A program made the translations under genes and the position numbers. Under the pieces are notes generated by a model, which saw nothing but the letters and a program-made list of their open reading frames with translations, made no database searches and was not told where the DNA came from. A DNA stretch of 64,000 nt from Tubiluchus corallicola. Lineage: Eukaryota; Animalia; Priapulida. The number at the start of each line of letters is the position of its first letter. Within the stretch, counting starts at the first letter, position 1. Positions 13,303-26,500 of the stretch are shown here, piece after piece. The stretch lies in NCBI GenBank assembly GCA_030141605.1, contig JAQGDQ010000100.1, forward strand, positions 124,001 through 188,000, read 5' to 3'.

Positions 13303-15265
13303 GAAAACTGCGTATGTTACAGCAATCTTTAAAAAAAGGAGCTAGGAACATGACAAAAGACCATAGACTTAATTAGTCTAACTTCAGTTGTATGTAAAAT
13401 TTTAGAGGTTATTCTACGAGACAAAATTGTCAATCTCCTGGAAACCAACATGGCTGTAGAGCAGTAAAATCATGTGTCACTAATCTCTTGGAAACTACAG
13501 AGGATTGGCTGGAAATCCTGGATACAGATGGCACAGTGGATGTCATTTACAATGACTTCCTGAAGGCATTTGATCAGATGGCACATGAAAGGCTTTTATG
13601 TAAATTTCAGGCATATGGTATTGACGGTCATTTACTTAGATGGATTCGCAGTTTCCTACAAGGAAGAATGCAAAGTGCGGCAGTAAACGGTTGGAAATCA
13701 GAATGGAGATTAGTCTCAAGTGGTGTTCTACAGGGAAGTATTCTAAGACCAGTTTTATTTATAAATTTCATCAACGATTTACAGAGCATATTCACTTATG
13801 GAAACAAACTACAGTAGGGGCTGCTTAATAGCCTCACGATTAACAGGCTCAATGGCTTAATTGATTCAAAAACGCTAAGTACGGGCCACTCCTATTTAAC
13901 TGTATATAAAACTGTCGGTATTTGACTCAAATAACTCTGCACAATTGACTCAATATTTTCCTTCACATACTTAAAATAAGCATTTGTATGTGCCCAAAGA
14001 GCTTTTCCTACATTTATGTCATGTTTACTTCGTTTTTATGCACTATAACATTCATAGAAATAGTCATCTTAAGTACAATTTTATTTCTAAGCAGGTACGT
14101 TATTATGTGCAACTAGCATAGTGGTTTTGTTTGAATCTGTTACCCAAGAATTTCTGAAAACTAAATGTAATCACTTGTCTACTGGTTTCCTTTTGAAGCT
14201 CTCGTTTCATGCTTTCACGCTTAATCAGTTAATCATACAGCAAATAACAGCAAAGAGTTAAGACGTTTGAAAAATGGAGCATAAACGTAAAGATCTAACA
14301 ATTAAGGAGAAACTGAAAAATTTAGAGCAGTACAATAAAGTTCTAAAGATGGGGCAGAGGTGTGCAGCAACGCAGTTGAAAATTTCCCCAAGTACTCATG
14401 GCACAATTTAAAAAAGGGATCTGAAATTGAGCAGTCAGCAAGCCAAAGTGCTAAATGTTTTATGTGAATACGTGCATCACACAGCAACATATTTTCAATG
14501 TTTTAATATTTATGAGAAATTTCTTGTGAGCCAACTTCTTCGCAAAAAAGTGAAGAAGCCAACTCTGAAGGAATATGTGTAATTTTCGGAAATAAACGGA
14601 CTTGCGTGATTACTAAAAGTACACTTTTTAATTAATTGCTAATTCACTTTAATAAATTAATATTTTAAAATGATCTTTTAAAATTTTTAACTGCACAAAC
14701 ATTTTAGGCACTACTTCATTTATAAAATTCATTAAAAACCTTTGCAGTGCATACTAAGCTGATGGCTCATACTTATGTACTACTAATACTGCACACATCA
14801 GTTAACAGGTTCAGTCGAAAAACTGGATCAAAACACTTCGGTTCCAAAGTGACCCTCTTAAGTGGTTCATACTGTATTTGCGAATGACACCAAAATATAT
14901 GATAGAGTAACCACTGTAGAGGATTAAGAGCACATGCAAACTAATGCAGAACTTGCAGATAAGTGGTGCAAAACTTGTCAAATGAATTTAACCATGTTAA
15001 ATGTAAAATCATGAAAATAGGTAACCAAAATTCACAGTGAATCAAAATATGTCACGAAACATTATAATAGTCTCAGACCAATTGAATACGCATCTGAAGA
15101 AAAAGATCTTGGTATTACAACATCTAATCTAATCTAACAACAACAAGCTTTAGTTTACAAGTCACAGTCATGATATATCGCAGAAGGTACACAGCAGATT
15201 ACCGTTAATTAAATACTTCAGATACTAGATCTTAATCAATCTTTACAGGTCTATGGTAAGGCCTG
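13303..15265 (+). mobile_element. CR1-type LINE reverse transcriptase remnant, split by a MITE at 13812-14874
   Basis: KTAYVTAIFKKG, ISLTSVVCKILE, VDVIYNDFLKAFD, SGVLQGSILRPVLFINFINDL; the frame resumes after the insertion as (L)FANDTKIY...EEKDLGI. Confidence 0.9.
13812..14874. mobile_element. Tigger/pogo-like (Tc1-mariner) non-autonomous DNA transposon, copy 1
   Basis: CAGTA...TACTG termini with imperfect TIRs, a flanking TA duplication (13810-11 and 14875-76), and collinear similarity to 30638-31573. Confidence 0.85.
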
Positions 15266-15305
15266 TAAAGATTGATTAATTACTTTTGGCCGCTATTTTG
15301 GAGAG

Positions 15306-16190
15306 GTGCTTGAAACAGTGGATCATTTTCAAAATCCTCCGGACATCGTTGCTATTTCAGAAACAAGATTACATGAAAATACACCCTTTTTCTTCAATAT
15401 ACCAGAGTACATTTTTCTTAGAAAAGACTCGCTTACTGCTGCTGATGTGGTAGGTCAATATATTAGAAAAAATCTTAAATTTAAAGTTATTAATGAAACT
15501 CAATTTAACTGCGAAAAATATACATCCGACTTACCTCACTCTGTTAGAAGAATAGCTGTAGAGGATTTATGGGTCAAGATAAAAACATCAAGAAATAAAT
15601 CACCTATATTATTTGGCGTCGTGTACAGGCACTCCAACAAATCTGCCAGTCACTTTAATGAAGAAATGGAAAAGATCTTAAACTTTATCAATTCGTCAGA
15701 AAGGACAGCTTTTATTTGCGGGGACATGAATATTAATTTACTTTAACACGAAGACATTTCTTCAGTTACCAACTGTATAAATATGTTATTCTCAAATAGG
15801 TTTCATCCAGTTATCAGTCAACCAACTCGCATTACTAACAACTCACAAACCTTAATTGATCATATTTATACTAATGAGTTTCAAAATCCCATCACTGCTG
15901 GCATCATTCAGTATGAAGTGGCTGACCATCTGCCTATCTTTGCAATTGTTAACTCTTAATGTGCAAGTAAGAGTAAGTCTCAAATACAAATAAGAGATAC
16001 TAAAAGACTTATTCCTGCGAACTTTTTGAGCGATTTGGGACATTCGCTTTCTAATATTTTCAATAGTCAACTTAATGTAAATTATACTTTTTCCCATTTC
16101 TTGGAATCATTTGAAACCACCCTTAATAAACATGTCCCGATTCGTACACTTAGTAAAAGGGAAACAATATCCTTTCGAAAACCCTGGAAT
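15306..16190 (+). mobile_element. LINE apurinic endonuclease (APE) domain remnant, L2/CR1-like clade
   Basis: PDIVAISETRL, GVVYRH, FICGDMNINLL, PTRITNNSQTLIDHIYTN and ADHLPIFA are APE motifs. Stops are present. Confidence 0.88.
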
Positions 16191-16214
16191 AAGGTTGGTG
16201 AATTCTATAAATGA

Positions 16215-18520
16215 TTAGATGCATGAAACGCTTGACTTCTTGTGACAGAGCAACTGACGAATCATGATCATTGGAGTTTAGCTTTACCATCCTTGGAACA
16301 CCTAAGAGACTAATGAGTTCCTTGGGTCGTACGGAAAATCGAAAGACGGAATTCTCCACACTTCCAGGAGGAGAGGGACAACCAGGAACTTAATGCACTA
16401 AAACGCACTCTTTAAATGCAGTTTCATCACCTTTCCTTTCAGGATCAACTATATCAACTACACCCCAGCCAAGATCTCTTTGTTGGGCAAAGGGGCCATT
16501 CCCAACTGGAGGAATGACATCTTTAGCATGAGTGCAGGGCTACAGTTATAGCCTATTACCAATCCAATCTTGAAGTGGGACGAGATGTGACTTAATAGCA
16601 CTGAGATGGGGCCACTGATTTGCTATCCCAGGTGTGGGTACATGAAATTTATCTGCTGGCACACTGTCACGAGAGTACGCTACAGGAATTGATATCATAA
16701 TATCAGAATTGTACACACGTATCTGCAACCCTCTGACCTCTGTACTATCGATCATTTTATTTGCAGCTAACATTGTTGACAAACAAATCTTAGTAGTTTG
16801 CCCATTTCCCCTGTAGCTCACAGAGTATCCTCAAGTATAAAAGAGGTGTCGGATTGTGTATCCAATAAAGCATACGCTAGACATGTATGCTCTTGACTAT
16901 TGCTATCATTGCTATCAATTTGGCGTGTTTGGCTCATAACAATTTCTTGGACTGTCACCATGAAAAGCTGTTGGATGACAAATTTTACAAATGTTACAAG
17001 TGTCACGTCGAGAACATGTTCTCAATACATGGCCCTTTCTTAAGTACCCAAAACATAACTGATTTTCTCTTGTGAAGGTCTTCCTAAGTTCCAGGGCCTA
17101 GAAATAGCTTACAATCCTTGAGAAAATGACCTGTCTTCTTGCACATGAAGCAGTGCACTTCACCAGAGCTCGCCACTCGCGCATGTTAGTAGCGAATGAA
17201 GTGGAACCTCTAGGCTCCTTAGAGTCACATGGTCTTGGTGAAGCAGACGGATTAACAGCTTTTAGTGACGTAACTGGGTCACAAGCAGTAGAAGCCTCAT
17301 TTCTAATGAAGTCAGCAAATTTTGCAAAGGTGGGAATCCGAATCCACGTTGCTTGTGCTCCACTGCTAACCCGCTCCATCGGAGCACAAGCCATTCGGGG
17401 AGTTTTGCTAGCAATTTGCGGTTCTCCCTTTCGTCATCTAACATGGATAAGCTAGTGATAGTTTTCTGTGCACTCTTACTCTTACAGCATATTTACGTAG
17501 GGCTATGGGGTCACGTGGAGAAATTTTGGCAATTTTTCCAGTCGATCTCTAAAGGCATTAGCAAGGATGAAAGAATCACCAAAGCATTCATCCAGTAAAG
17601 CTTTGGCCTCTACATAAGATTCTTCAGAGGCAATGAGAAAGTATCCCTCTACAGCTTCCTTGGCAGATCCACCTAAATACTGCTTGAGATGGTATATTTT
17701 CTCAAAAGGCGGTATAGGCTGATGCTCTACTAGAGTGTCAAATGCCATTTTTCAAGCTTGGTATTTTAATGGATCACCAGTGAAGATTCCGGGTTCTGAG
17801 GGAGGAAGCCTGTTGCTCTCTGTTGCGTAACTGATATGTGTAAATCGACAAGATCTTGTCTAATGTACTGATATTGTGGAGAATAATCGGGTGTAGATGT
17901 GTAGTGAGATGTTACCCCTGATATAGAGGTACAACTGAATCTACTGGCAGGAGTATATATAGTAGTATAGTTAAACTTTGGTGCAATATCTGAAATATTA
18001 TCTGTTGCAGGTGTAGGAAAAGGCACAGCAGATTGTTTGAAGTTGTAGCAAGGTACATTTGTAGGAGTAAGTCTTGCAGCAGAAACGTTCATTGGTAGAT
18101 AATTTGAAACTGCAACATGTGTGGTATGCATACTGGGTTACCTAAATTCTGATTGCCTAAATAAACTAGCTGCAACGTTATTACCTGGCACGCTGTACCC
18201 ACATGACAACATGAATGGTTGACTGATGAGTTTATCACCTGTTGTAATTAATGAAAGGCCCGTTTGTATAGGTTCTGTTTGATTAATATTGTTCTCATAT
18301 GATATTGAATTCTTTGATTCAGTCGTGTCATCTGAATGCAAGCTAGGTGGTGGACTAGTCTCAGATCCCAAAAAGAATTGATTGAGGGTAATTTCTAATG
18401 GCTGATGCCCTCTCGTCATCACTTAATGCTTCAGAAGCTTTTAAATTTTCGAGCAGCTCAAGCTGTTCCAGCTCAGCCCGCTTTTTTACAAACTGAAGTT
18501 TGGCCGTGGCACCCAACAAT
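16215..18520 (-). mobile_element. BEL/Pao LTR retrotransposon gag-protease remnant
   Basis: Frameshifted fragments EKIYHLKQYLGGSAKEAVEGYFL...GDSFILANAFRDRLE (Pao gag), LDDERENRKLLAKLPEWLVLRW, a Cys/His knuckle, ALLDTQSDTSFI (aspartic protease), and IPVAYSRDSVPADKFHVPTPGIANQWPHL. Confidence 0.88.
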
Positions 18521-19249
18521 TACTATCTACCGGATCATATCATTAGTGCCACCACCTACAAAAATATTCTACGTAAATAAAACATCCAAGAGAGATTGGA
18601 GGGCTAAAAAGAGGTCCTTTATGCTTAATCTCTATCCAAGCTGAAAGCTGTAGGTTTTATTTCTGGAGCTTGATTTCTTTGCAAATGGTATTATGTTTCT
18701 GAAGACGAGCTCACTGGAAAAAGTGAAGTGTAGTAATTTGAGAGAATAAGCTGGGAGTCAAGTTTCAAGTTTCATCTGTTTATTACAATTAAACATGAAC
18801 AATCGTCGAGTCTGTGTGAAAAAATGCATATATGGCAAATTAATTAAGAACAGCTAATATCAAATTAATAACGAATTAACAATAATGCTGCATTTCGCCA
18901 AGGCCACTCATTAGAAAAGTAAAAAAGGGGTCGGATATGAAAAAGGGAGGGAAAGAGGGATGGTAATGGAAACGCAACAGATAATCGATGTGTTTAATGC
19001 AACATGGACAAAGATACACCCAATGGCTAACAGAATTTATAAAGGAGAAGCAATGTGCAACACTACGTCCAATAGAAATCGCATACGTAGCAATTTGTAA
19101 GCTGACATACACTAGTGCATGTTCATGTTAGAGTCAGTGAGTCTTAGGCACCCTTGATTTGCTAGGTCTCTTATAAAACTTTAAATTGGTCGTAGAAACA
19201 CACACCTCGTAATACAAATGATTATTCCTCATTATTAATGACAATGTGT

Positions 19250-19620
19250 ATGGTGGAGTGCAGCTCGAGTCAACATAGGTTGTCTGTACCGCATATAGGT
19301 GTCACTTTATAACAAAATTGAAAAATGACGCAAACTGCTGAAATGGTAACCACGTGCGCTTCGACGTCTTCCAAGTTTTTGAAAAATTCCAAAAGTTACA
19401 CTTTCTCAAAATATTTATTTTATTAATCTGCTTATGATTTATTTGCTTATTCTACAAATTTTAGCTACAGTGTCCAACTCACTGTTGCTTCTTAGAACTT
19501 TTGTAGTGCCTGACTAATTGTTGTTTCTGAGTGAGAATGATCATACTTTTTAGCAGCTTAGTAGAACGGTTGCTTAGAAATGTAACTCTCGAATGAAAGG
19601 CAGTATCAGCGTGGTGATGT
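19250..19620. promoter_or_regulatory. Candidate promoter region between divergent GKAP1 and TRIM-NHL
   Basis: Local CpG enrichment with TGACG, CACGTG (E-box) and GACGTC motifs at ~19326-19368, outside recognisable TE sequence. Position only; no TSS evidence. Confidence 0.3.
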
Positions 19621-19926
19621 AAAACTTCATTTATTAAGTGCTTTTATTTCCCGAATTGAAATCTTATTGTTTAGATAGGATTTTTTAATCCCAGCTGGAT
19701 TCCAGACACCTAAGTGGTTGAACAATGAGTGTATCAATGACTGAATTAAACCAATAAATGTTATACTTGAAACCATTGAGATGCTTTTTAATAATATGAA
19801 TGTCATGTCAGTTAATATAGCATTTACTAAAACCTATATAGCTTATAACCAGTGTTTTTATAAAATTAGTTCTTGAGAAAAATTGCCCAAAACTTATTTT
19901 TTGTATACGAATTATGCCTAATTAAT

Positions 19927-20040
19927 GGTGCGGCGTAAAAATGGCACGGTAAAAACGGCACTAGAAAAAATGGTACAGAAAAGAATGGCACGGTAAAAAT
20001 GGCAAAGGAAAAAATGACACAGATAAAAATGGCACAGATG
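19927..20040 (+). repeat. Tandem array of ~14-15-bp units (ggtaaaaatggcac-like), probably a DNA transposon terminal subrepeat
   Basis: About 7 degenerate copies: gtaaaaatggcac, ggtaaaaacggcac, gaaaaaatggtac, gaaaagaatggcac, ggtaaaaatggcaa, ggaaaaaatgacac, gataaaaatggcac. Confidence 0.75.
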
Positions 20041-20560
20041 GAGAAGTGGGAAAAATGTAGGTATTTGCTGCAATTGAAATAATAATTTCGAACAAAGTTA
20101 GGAGAAAAGTTATCATAATGTGTGAGTAATTGTAAAAAAAGGTAATTTAGATAGAAAAATTAAAAAAAGACAAAGTTATTTTAGGAATTCAAGATTTTAG
20201 ACAATTCAACAATTGAGTTGTAATTCCAAAAACCTAGAATACCATAACATTGTCAGTCTCTACACATTTATTAGAATAGTTTTAGTGAAATGGTGAGGTA
20301 TTTAGGATGAGTGACACTTTGTGACACGAGGGTTAAATTTTCCACAAATACTGATGAATTTGCTAAGCCACTTACCAGACAATCAGCTTATATAGGAACT
20401 GCAAATTACTAATGGTGCCATATTTTACAAAGACTAATTTTAAGCAATGTTTATTTAAAAGCAGATTAATTATAAAACACTTTCAACTGCTGGGTAAAAG
20501 ATCTCACTGAAATCGTTGGCAATTGTACTCTGGATACGTTATTAAGTAAAAGGTTGCCTT

Positions 20561-23500
20561 ATGAAGCGCAAAATGTCTACCTGTGACAATATTTCGAGTT
20601 CTAAAAGACTAGAAACCGATAATGGTTCAGTAATGTAAGTTTGTTTCAGCATTTATATTACAAAATTACAAAACATTATTATTGCTTTTACTAAATTTTT
20701 TCAACAAAATTAACTGCTAGGGCCATTTGCCGCTAGATCTTTATTATTATGTTCTGGGATTTCTTCTTTAATATTTTTTTCACCAAAAAGTGAATTTGAA
20801 TGACAAAAAGAATTTTTGGGATGAGAATGGTTATCTTTAGTATTTCTTTAACTAGTTTACTGTTGAAATACCATTATTTAAAATGTCTCTCTATTATTGT
20901 TCATTGTTTGTTCATTACTCCATTAGTTGTTCATCGTTGAAGCAACCAAGAATACACAGCATTTTGCTAAATCACATTTGCTATGGTAAAGCAAGGACTT
21001 AACTGTATTAGTAATATTATAACGCTGGTCGAATTGCACTTAATACTAATTATTCATCTGTTGAGTTGATTCAGGGTAAAAACGACAATTACCTTAATTG
21101 TCTAGAATTTCTAAAGAATATTTATTTCTAAATTCCCAGTGACAATTTACTGAAACAACTGATTTTTTGTTAACAGTACCTGTGTCTAAATTGCCTGGAC
21201 CTTTTTAAATTTTTTCTTATACAACTTTGCTCCTAATTTTTATTAAATGTTTCACTTGAACAATAATTTATTTTTCAGAATCATTGAGCAAGATCAGAAG
21301 CCTGGTGACAGTATCGAAACTGCCTTAGCAAATGCTAATGATAGAATGGTTGCTAATAAAGCCATGATAACTAGGTAAGTAGAATAATGAGAGATCTTGA
21401 CCAGTTATGACTCTGTTATGATTAGCAGCTAAACTTTCAGCTTTGCTTACAAGGCACTTCATAATTGTCTGTTATTGGTTAATAGGAGTTGAAAATATTT
21501 AAATTGAATAAAACCTAATTTTGCATAAAATCCAAAAGCTCAGAATAACTTATTTATTTATTTGCTTTCTTAAACAATTTTTAGACATTAAAACAATTAT
21601 CATAAAAACTTGTTTTATATACAACACATTTATTTTTTCATTTAGTGATGTTCAAAATGATGTGTATATATTACTGTAGTGCTTTCGTTGAGTGACCGCT
21701 AAGCACTTGACTTTTTGCTTGAAGTATGTCTGTCATCTGTCAGTGTTGCAACCCTTTTCTGGGTTACCAAAAATGTGGCCACACTGACATGGAAGAATGA
21801 GTACTTAACACTTACTGTCATAAACAGTAGGACTGCTTCATTGTGCACCGCATGCTAAACTTTCTGACAAAAATGTTTTTTGCTTTATTGCTTGTGCGGG
21901 TGTAATTTGCTGTTTTATGCATGACATTGCTACTATGAACCCTTCTTGTGTAGATGCTTTGTAATAGACTATATTGACTTATCTAATGATACACATAGGC
22001 TTATTTTTAATATCTTTGAGTTTTTAGTTATCTACATAGAATGTGTATTTTTATGTTAGTTAAATCATCTAAAATTTCATTAATTTACATATTTTTGGCT
22101 TGCCATACTCATGTATGTAATTTTAAAAATAGATCATATTATTTTCATACCTGTCTTAATATTACATTACAAAATGTATTTTTGATTTTAGTTTATTTAT
22201 TGGCACGCAGTACACAAAAACTAATACTAAAAACTGAACTAAACTTTTTATTAACTAAACTAAACTAAACATTTAATGCAACACATTAGCGTGTTTAAAT
22301 TTTGTAATCACACGTCTTGCATTGCAAATGTAATTGTAATTGATTTGCTCTCTGCTGACTATTTTTACTTCAGGCTGGACGGAATAATGCAACTTGTTTA
22401 TGTAAAGCGGGACAAGTGTTACACAAGGATAACTGAACTGTTTGGCAAATTAATGCAGCAACTTAGAAACTTACAAGACAGTACACTTGCTGATCTAAAT
22501 GTAGCTGTACATAACAAGCAGGTATTTCTGAAATTTTTTTATGTTTTTTTCATTTGTTTTTTCATATTTAATAGCGCATTGTGTGTACACTTACTGATCT
22601 AAACACATGTGTATTCATAAAAAGCAGCCAATTTTTTGAGTTTAATTGTGTTTCAATTGTACAATTGTACAATGATTCATTTTTACCTCTGATTAAATTC
22701 TTACAGGTTGCTATATCTGAGCTATGTTCTGAATTAAGAGGTAACAATCAGCAGCTACAGACTATTATTAAAACAGTGGAAAATATGGTTAAGGTAACAT
22801 ACCTAGTTTACTTTGCGAGCTATGTCCAATATTTTGCATCCGTTTCATGGCATTCTAATACAATAATTGCTTACCTGTGTAAGAAAACTACTCGTATATA
22901 TTTCCTACTCTGTTTTCACTTCAATAATATCACACTGAGAATGCAAGGAAAATGGCAGATGGAATTGTTGTCCAGAAATCAGAAAATTTCCGATTTTTTG
23001 CAAAAACCCATGCAGCAAGAAAGTACATTTCACACAGAAACTAGATTACTAATGTATACGGATAAACCATATTCACTACAATGTTGTTGTACTATAATGA
23101 AATAAGACGGCAATGTATTGACAATGCAGAGAAATAATCGGGAGAAATTCTAGATTTTGTTCGGAGTCAACCCCAGATACATACGATGAGTTGTTGGCTT
23201 TGCTATATTACTTCACTGCAAAAAATAATTTAAACTTTAGACACTGAATTGACCCTCTAATTAACCATTTGGTAACCCTGAGGTAACAAACTTAACCATA
23301 TGTCTTTGCTCCGAATCACGCTTCACAATTTCAGTCAAAGTCATAAGTGTGTCGAGAACAAGAATAAAATTTGTATTTATTTTCCGTTAATGCATTAGAC
23401 TGAACGTTTTTATCTATAGTTTGTTTTCAAAAAGTACTATTAGTGTTTGATGTCCATTGACGTGTCACCTATATATTTTTGTAAGTGAAAGCAATAAACA

Positions 23501-26500
23501 AGTGAGTTAAAACATCAAACTTATTTACATTATCACTTCATAACATACAATCTGTAAATGGAAACATATAAGTGTTAGTAGACGTCACAATATATTACAG
23601 TTCAATATTTTATCATGGGAATATCTATCCCAACACCTGCAGTGTCTTTATTAAGTTTAGAGATAGCTTTGCCTCTAAATATGGGGAAAGACCTGCTCTG
23701 TCAACTTTCACAGCCATCAGATCATTCCCAACGGGTTATTTCCTGCCTCGAACTTTATACCAGGCCTATTCATTAAACAGTTTATGATTTAACATTTAAA
23801 CACGTTTAATGATACGATGAGACAGGTTTCTTGTATACATACTTGCACAATAAAGCTACAGAAGTAATTAAGTACTCTTTCTTTTAGTGCTTCGTACAGT
23901 TATTTATACAGAGCAAATGTTAATTTGATTACTTCGGAAATGAGTTTCCGACAAAGTGTTTGTCCTACCTATGACTCGTTGTATAATGTCTTGCCGGAAA
24001 ATCACCCAACAAACAATGTTGTTATTTTACCTCATAGGCACTGGTCTACTTGTAGTGTGATTGCCACCCCAAATGGCTTCATGAACTTTGTTATCTTTTG
24101 AAGCTGATACCATCTTGAAACCAAGAAAAAGCGAACTTTGTAATTTGACATTTTAGATAATCACGTCTAAATTAAGTTACAGTTGTCGTAATTATCACAC
24201 ATAAAGTACAATTAATAATCTTATTCAGTGTAATGTCAGACCTGTGTTACTAACCACATCACAATTTGAGAACATGCTCATACAAAATAAACATATGTGG
24301 GCATTTTTTCACGAATATAGTCATCCTGTTGCATGAATAAAGCTCGTCTGTTAGTCATCCGAGAAAAATTGTCTGTGTGATAAAAGAGAGATTAAGACTT
24401 ATGATTTTATGATGAAATATGCCATGCATCCTCACCGTGAAATGAGCCTTTTCTTAGAATAAAATAGTTAGAATAACTTTAGGCCAGCTGACTAACTAGC
24501 TCTTTTTTATTTAACTATAATGTGATGGGTACAAGGTTGAACAATGAGCATACACATATCACCTTACCATATTATGTTTTTTTTCTGATTTTCATTTATC
24601 TGTCTGTTGCAAATTCTAATTTGAAAGCTGGATTATATTCTGAAAAATCATTTTTGCCGTGTTACTGTGTGCCTCTGTTGTAAAAGTGAAATTTCAACCA
24701 TCAGTGGCGACTTGTCTACTTAGTTAATTACTTAATTTATTGACCATAATAATAGTTACATATACATCACATATACAAATGGGGTAACTGATCTTTATGG
24801 TCCATATTAAATAAATGCATTATTACACGACTATCATTAAGCACCAGACGTTGAAGAAAATATAAAGTAAAACACTAAATTATGTACCTGTTAAATATCA
24901 AACGATATTTAAAATTTCAAAGCACAATTTAAACGTATTAACCTATTTTGACATTTCTAAGTTTTGAGATTGTGATATGAAATTAAAGTCACAGTTCATA
25001 AAATAATACTATGCCCACTAGAATGGTGATATCAAAAAATAAATACTGCAGAAATAATGCGTTGCATTATACCTCAAGTCGTGGTGTGGTGGCTAACTGA
25101 TGAATGACTTGAAAGGTATATTGTGTAGTTAAATCTGGCAAACCATTTTTGTGTGATATATCTATATGCATTTAAAGTACAAGAAAACCCTCCACTTACA
25201 TAAAGCTTAAAAAATTCGCTTGAACTTACCACTTACATACTACCTTTCTGTATGCATGGCTTTCATCGGCCGTAATGCTGTATAAAACGTATAAATTTAA
25301 ACTCCAGGGATGACCTTTAGTCGCTGCCATTTTGATGGTAGTATTTGAAACGAGTTTAGATAACACTGAATAAAGTTTGAAAAAATAATCAGAGCATTTG
25401 TAACCTACATGTTATTAACTAAGTAAAATTTTAAATTACTGTATCTTGTCAATAAGATTAAAAATATGTTTTTAGTTAGTGAGTGGTGCACCCTGGAGGG
25501 TGAATCATTGACATTTTACCAATTGGCACAAACATCGTATATATTAATTCTACTGGTATATATATATATATATATAAGATTCGAGGCTACAGCTCAGATG
25601 ACGGCACCATTTGCGGCGATCTATATATCAAACGGAAGGTCTCGATCTAGTGTCGTGCCATTGGGGGTTTATTTTTCGAATTGGGCCCACCAGGATGAAC
25701 GGGGGCGAAAAACCTCCAAAAATGGCCATTTTTTGCAAAACTTATACGTCTGAGATCTGAAGAACGGGAACGGGCCACGGGTGGTGCTGGATAGATAGCC
25801 CGTTCAGCGGTGGGTGCCATAGGCATATTTAGAATTTGCGAGAGGGCCACGGCGTCCTGTAACGGGCGTTTTCCCAGACCCAACTCGCGATTTTTTTCGA
25901 AATTTTGACCAAACAGCATGCGGAAAAAACGTTCTAGTGGCGCTTGGTGGGACTCTCGAAAGGAGATATGTAGCTCTTTAGAAAGAGCAAGAACAGGGCT
26001 ACACGATGATGTGGGCTATATTTTAGGACACGTCCACAAAAAGGAGTACTGAAGAGTTAATTAGATGTTCTATTTTCGGCAATTTTCGCTTAGAAAACTG
26101 CTGACTCAAAGCCATTGTTCTGACGTCATCCATTATACTCTGCCTATAACCTTATAACTTTAATTCAGTAAAAGCTGCTGCAGCTGGCTTTGCGTTGTAA
26201 ATGAGGACTATGTAGGATGTTTGTGTATTTTTGATTATAAGTGAATTTATACGCAAAATTTTTTGCAGGGCCTTTGCTAGTTTTTAATTAATATTTCTAG
26301 TTTTGTAAGCCTTTCCAGCAGGTAAGCAAAATGCTAAGTAATATAGATTTGCACGGAAAATTTTTTGGGACATAATTTAACATTTCATTTTCTTCTCCTG
26401 ATTTACATTTGCATAAGTGACGATATGTAACGGCGCGTTCGGAACAGTATTGCGGGAGATTTAAAGTGAAAACAAACAAAAAAATTCTTTTTAACGCAAG

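Noticed and set aside
18640-19140. Possible LTR of the BEL/Pao remnant
   Set aside because: There is a minus-strand AATAAA, but no second LTR, PBS or TSD could be identified.
22581-23105. 174-aa ORF as a standalone gene
   Set aside because: Only 22707-22793 is a spliced exon of the TRIM-NHL gene; the rest is intronic read-through.
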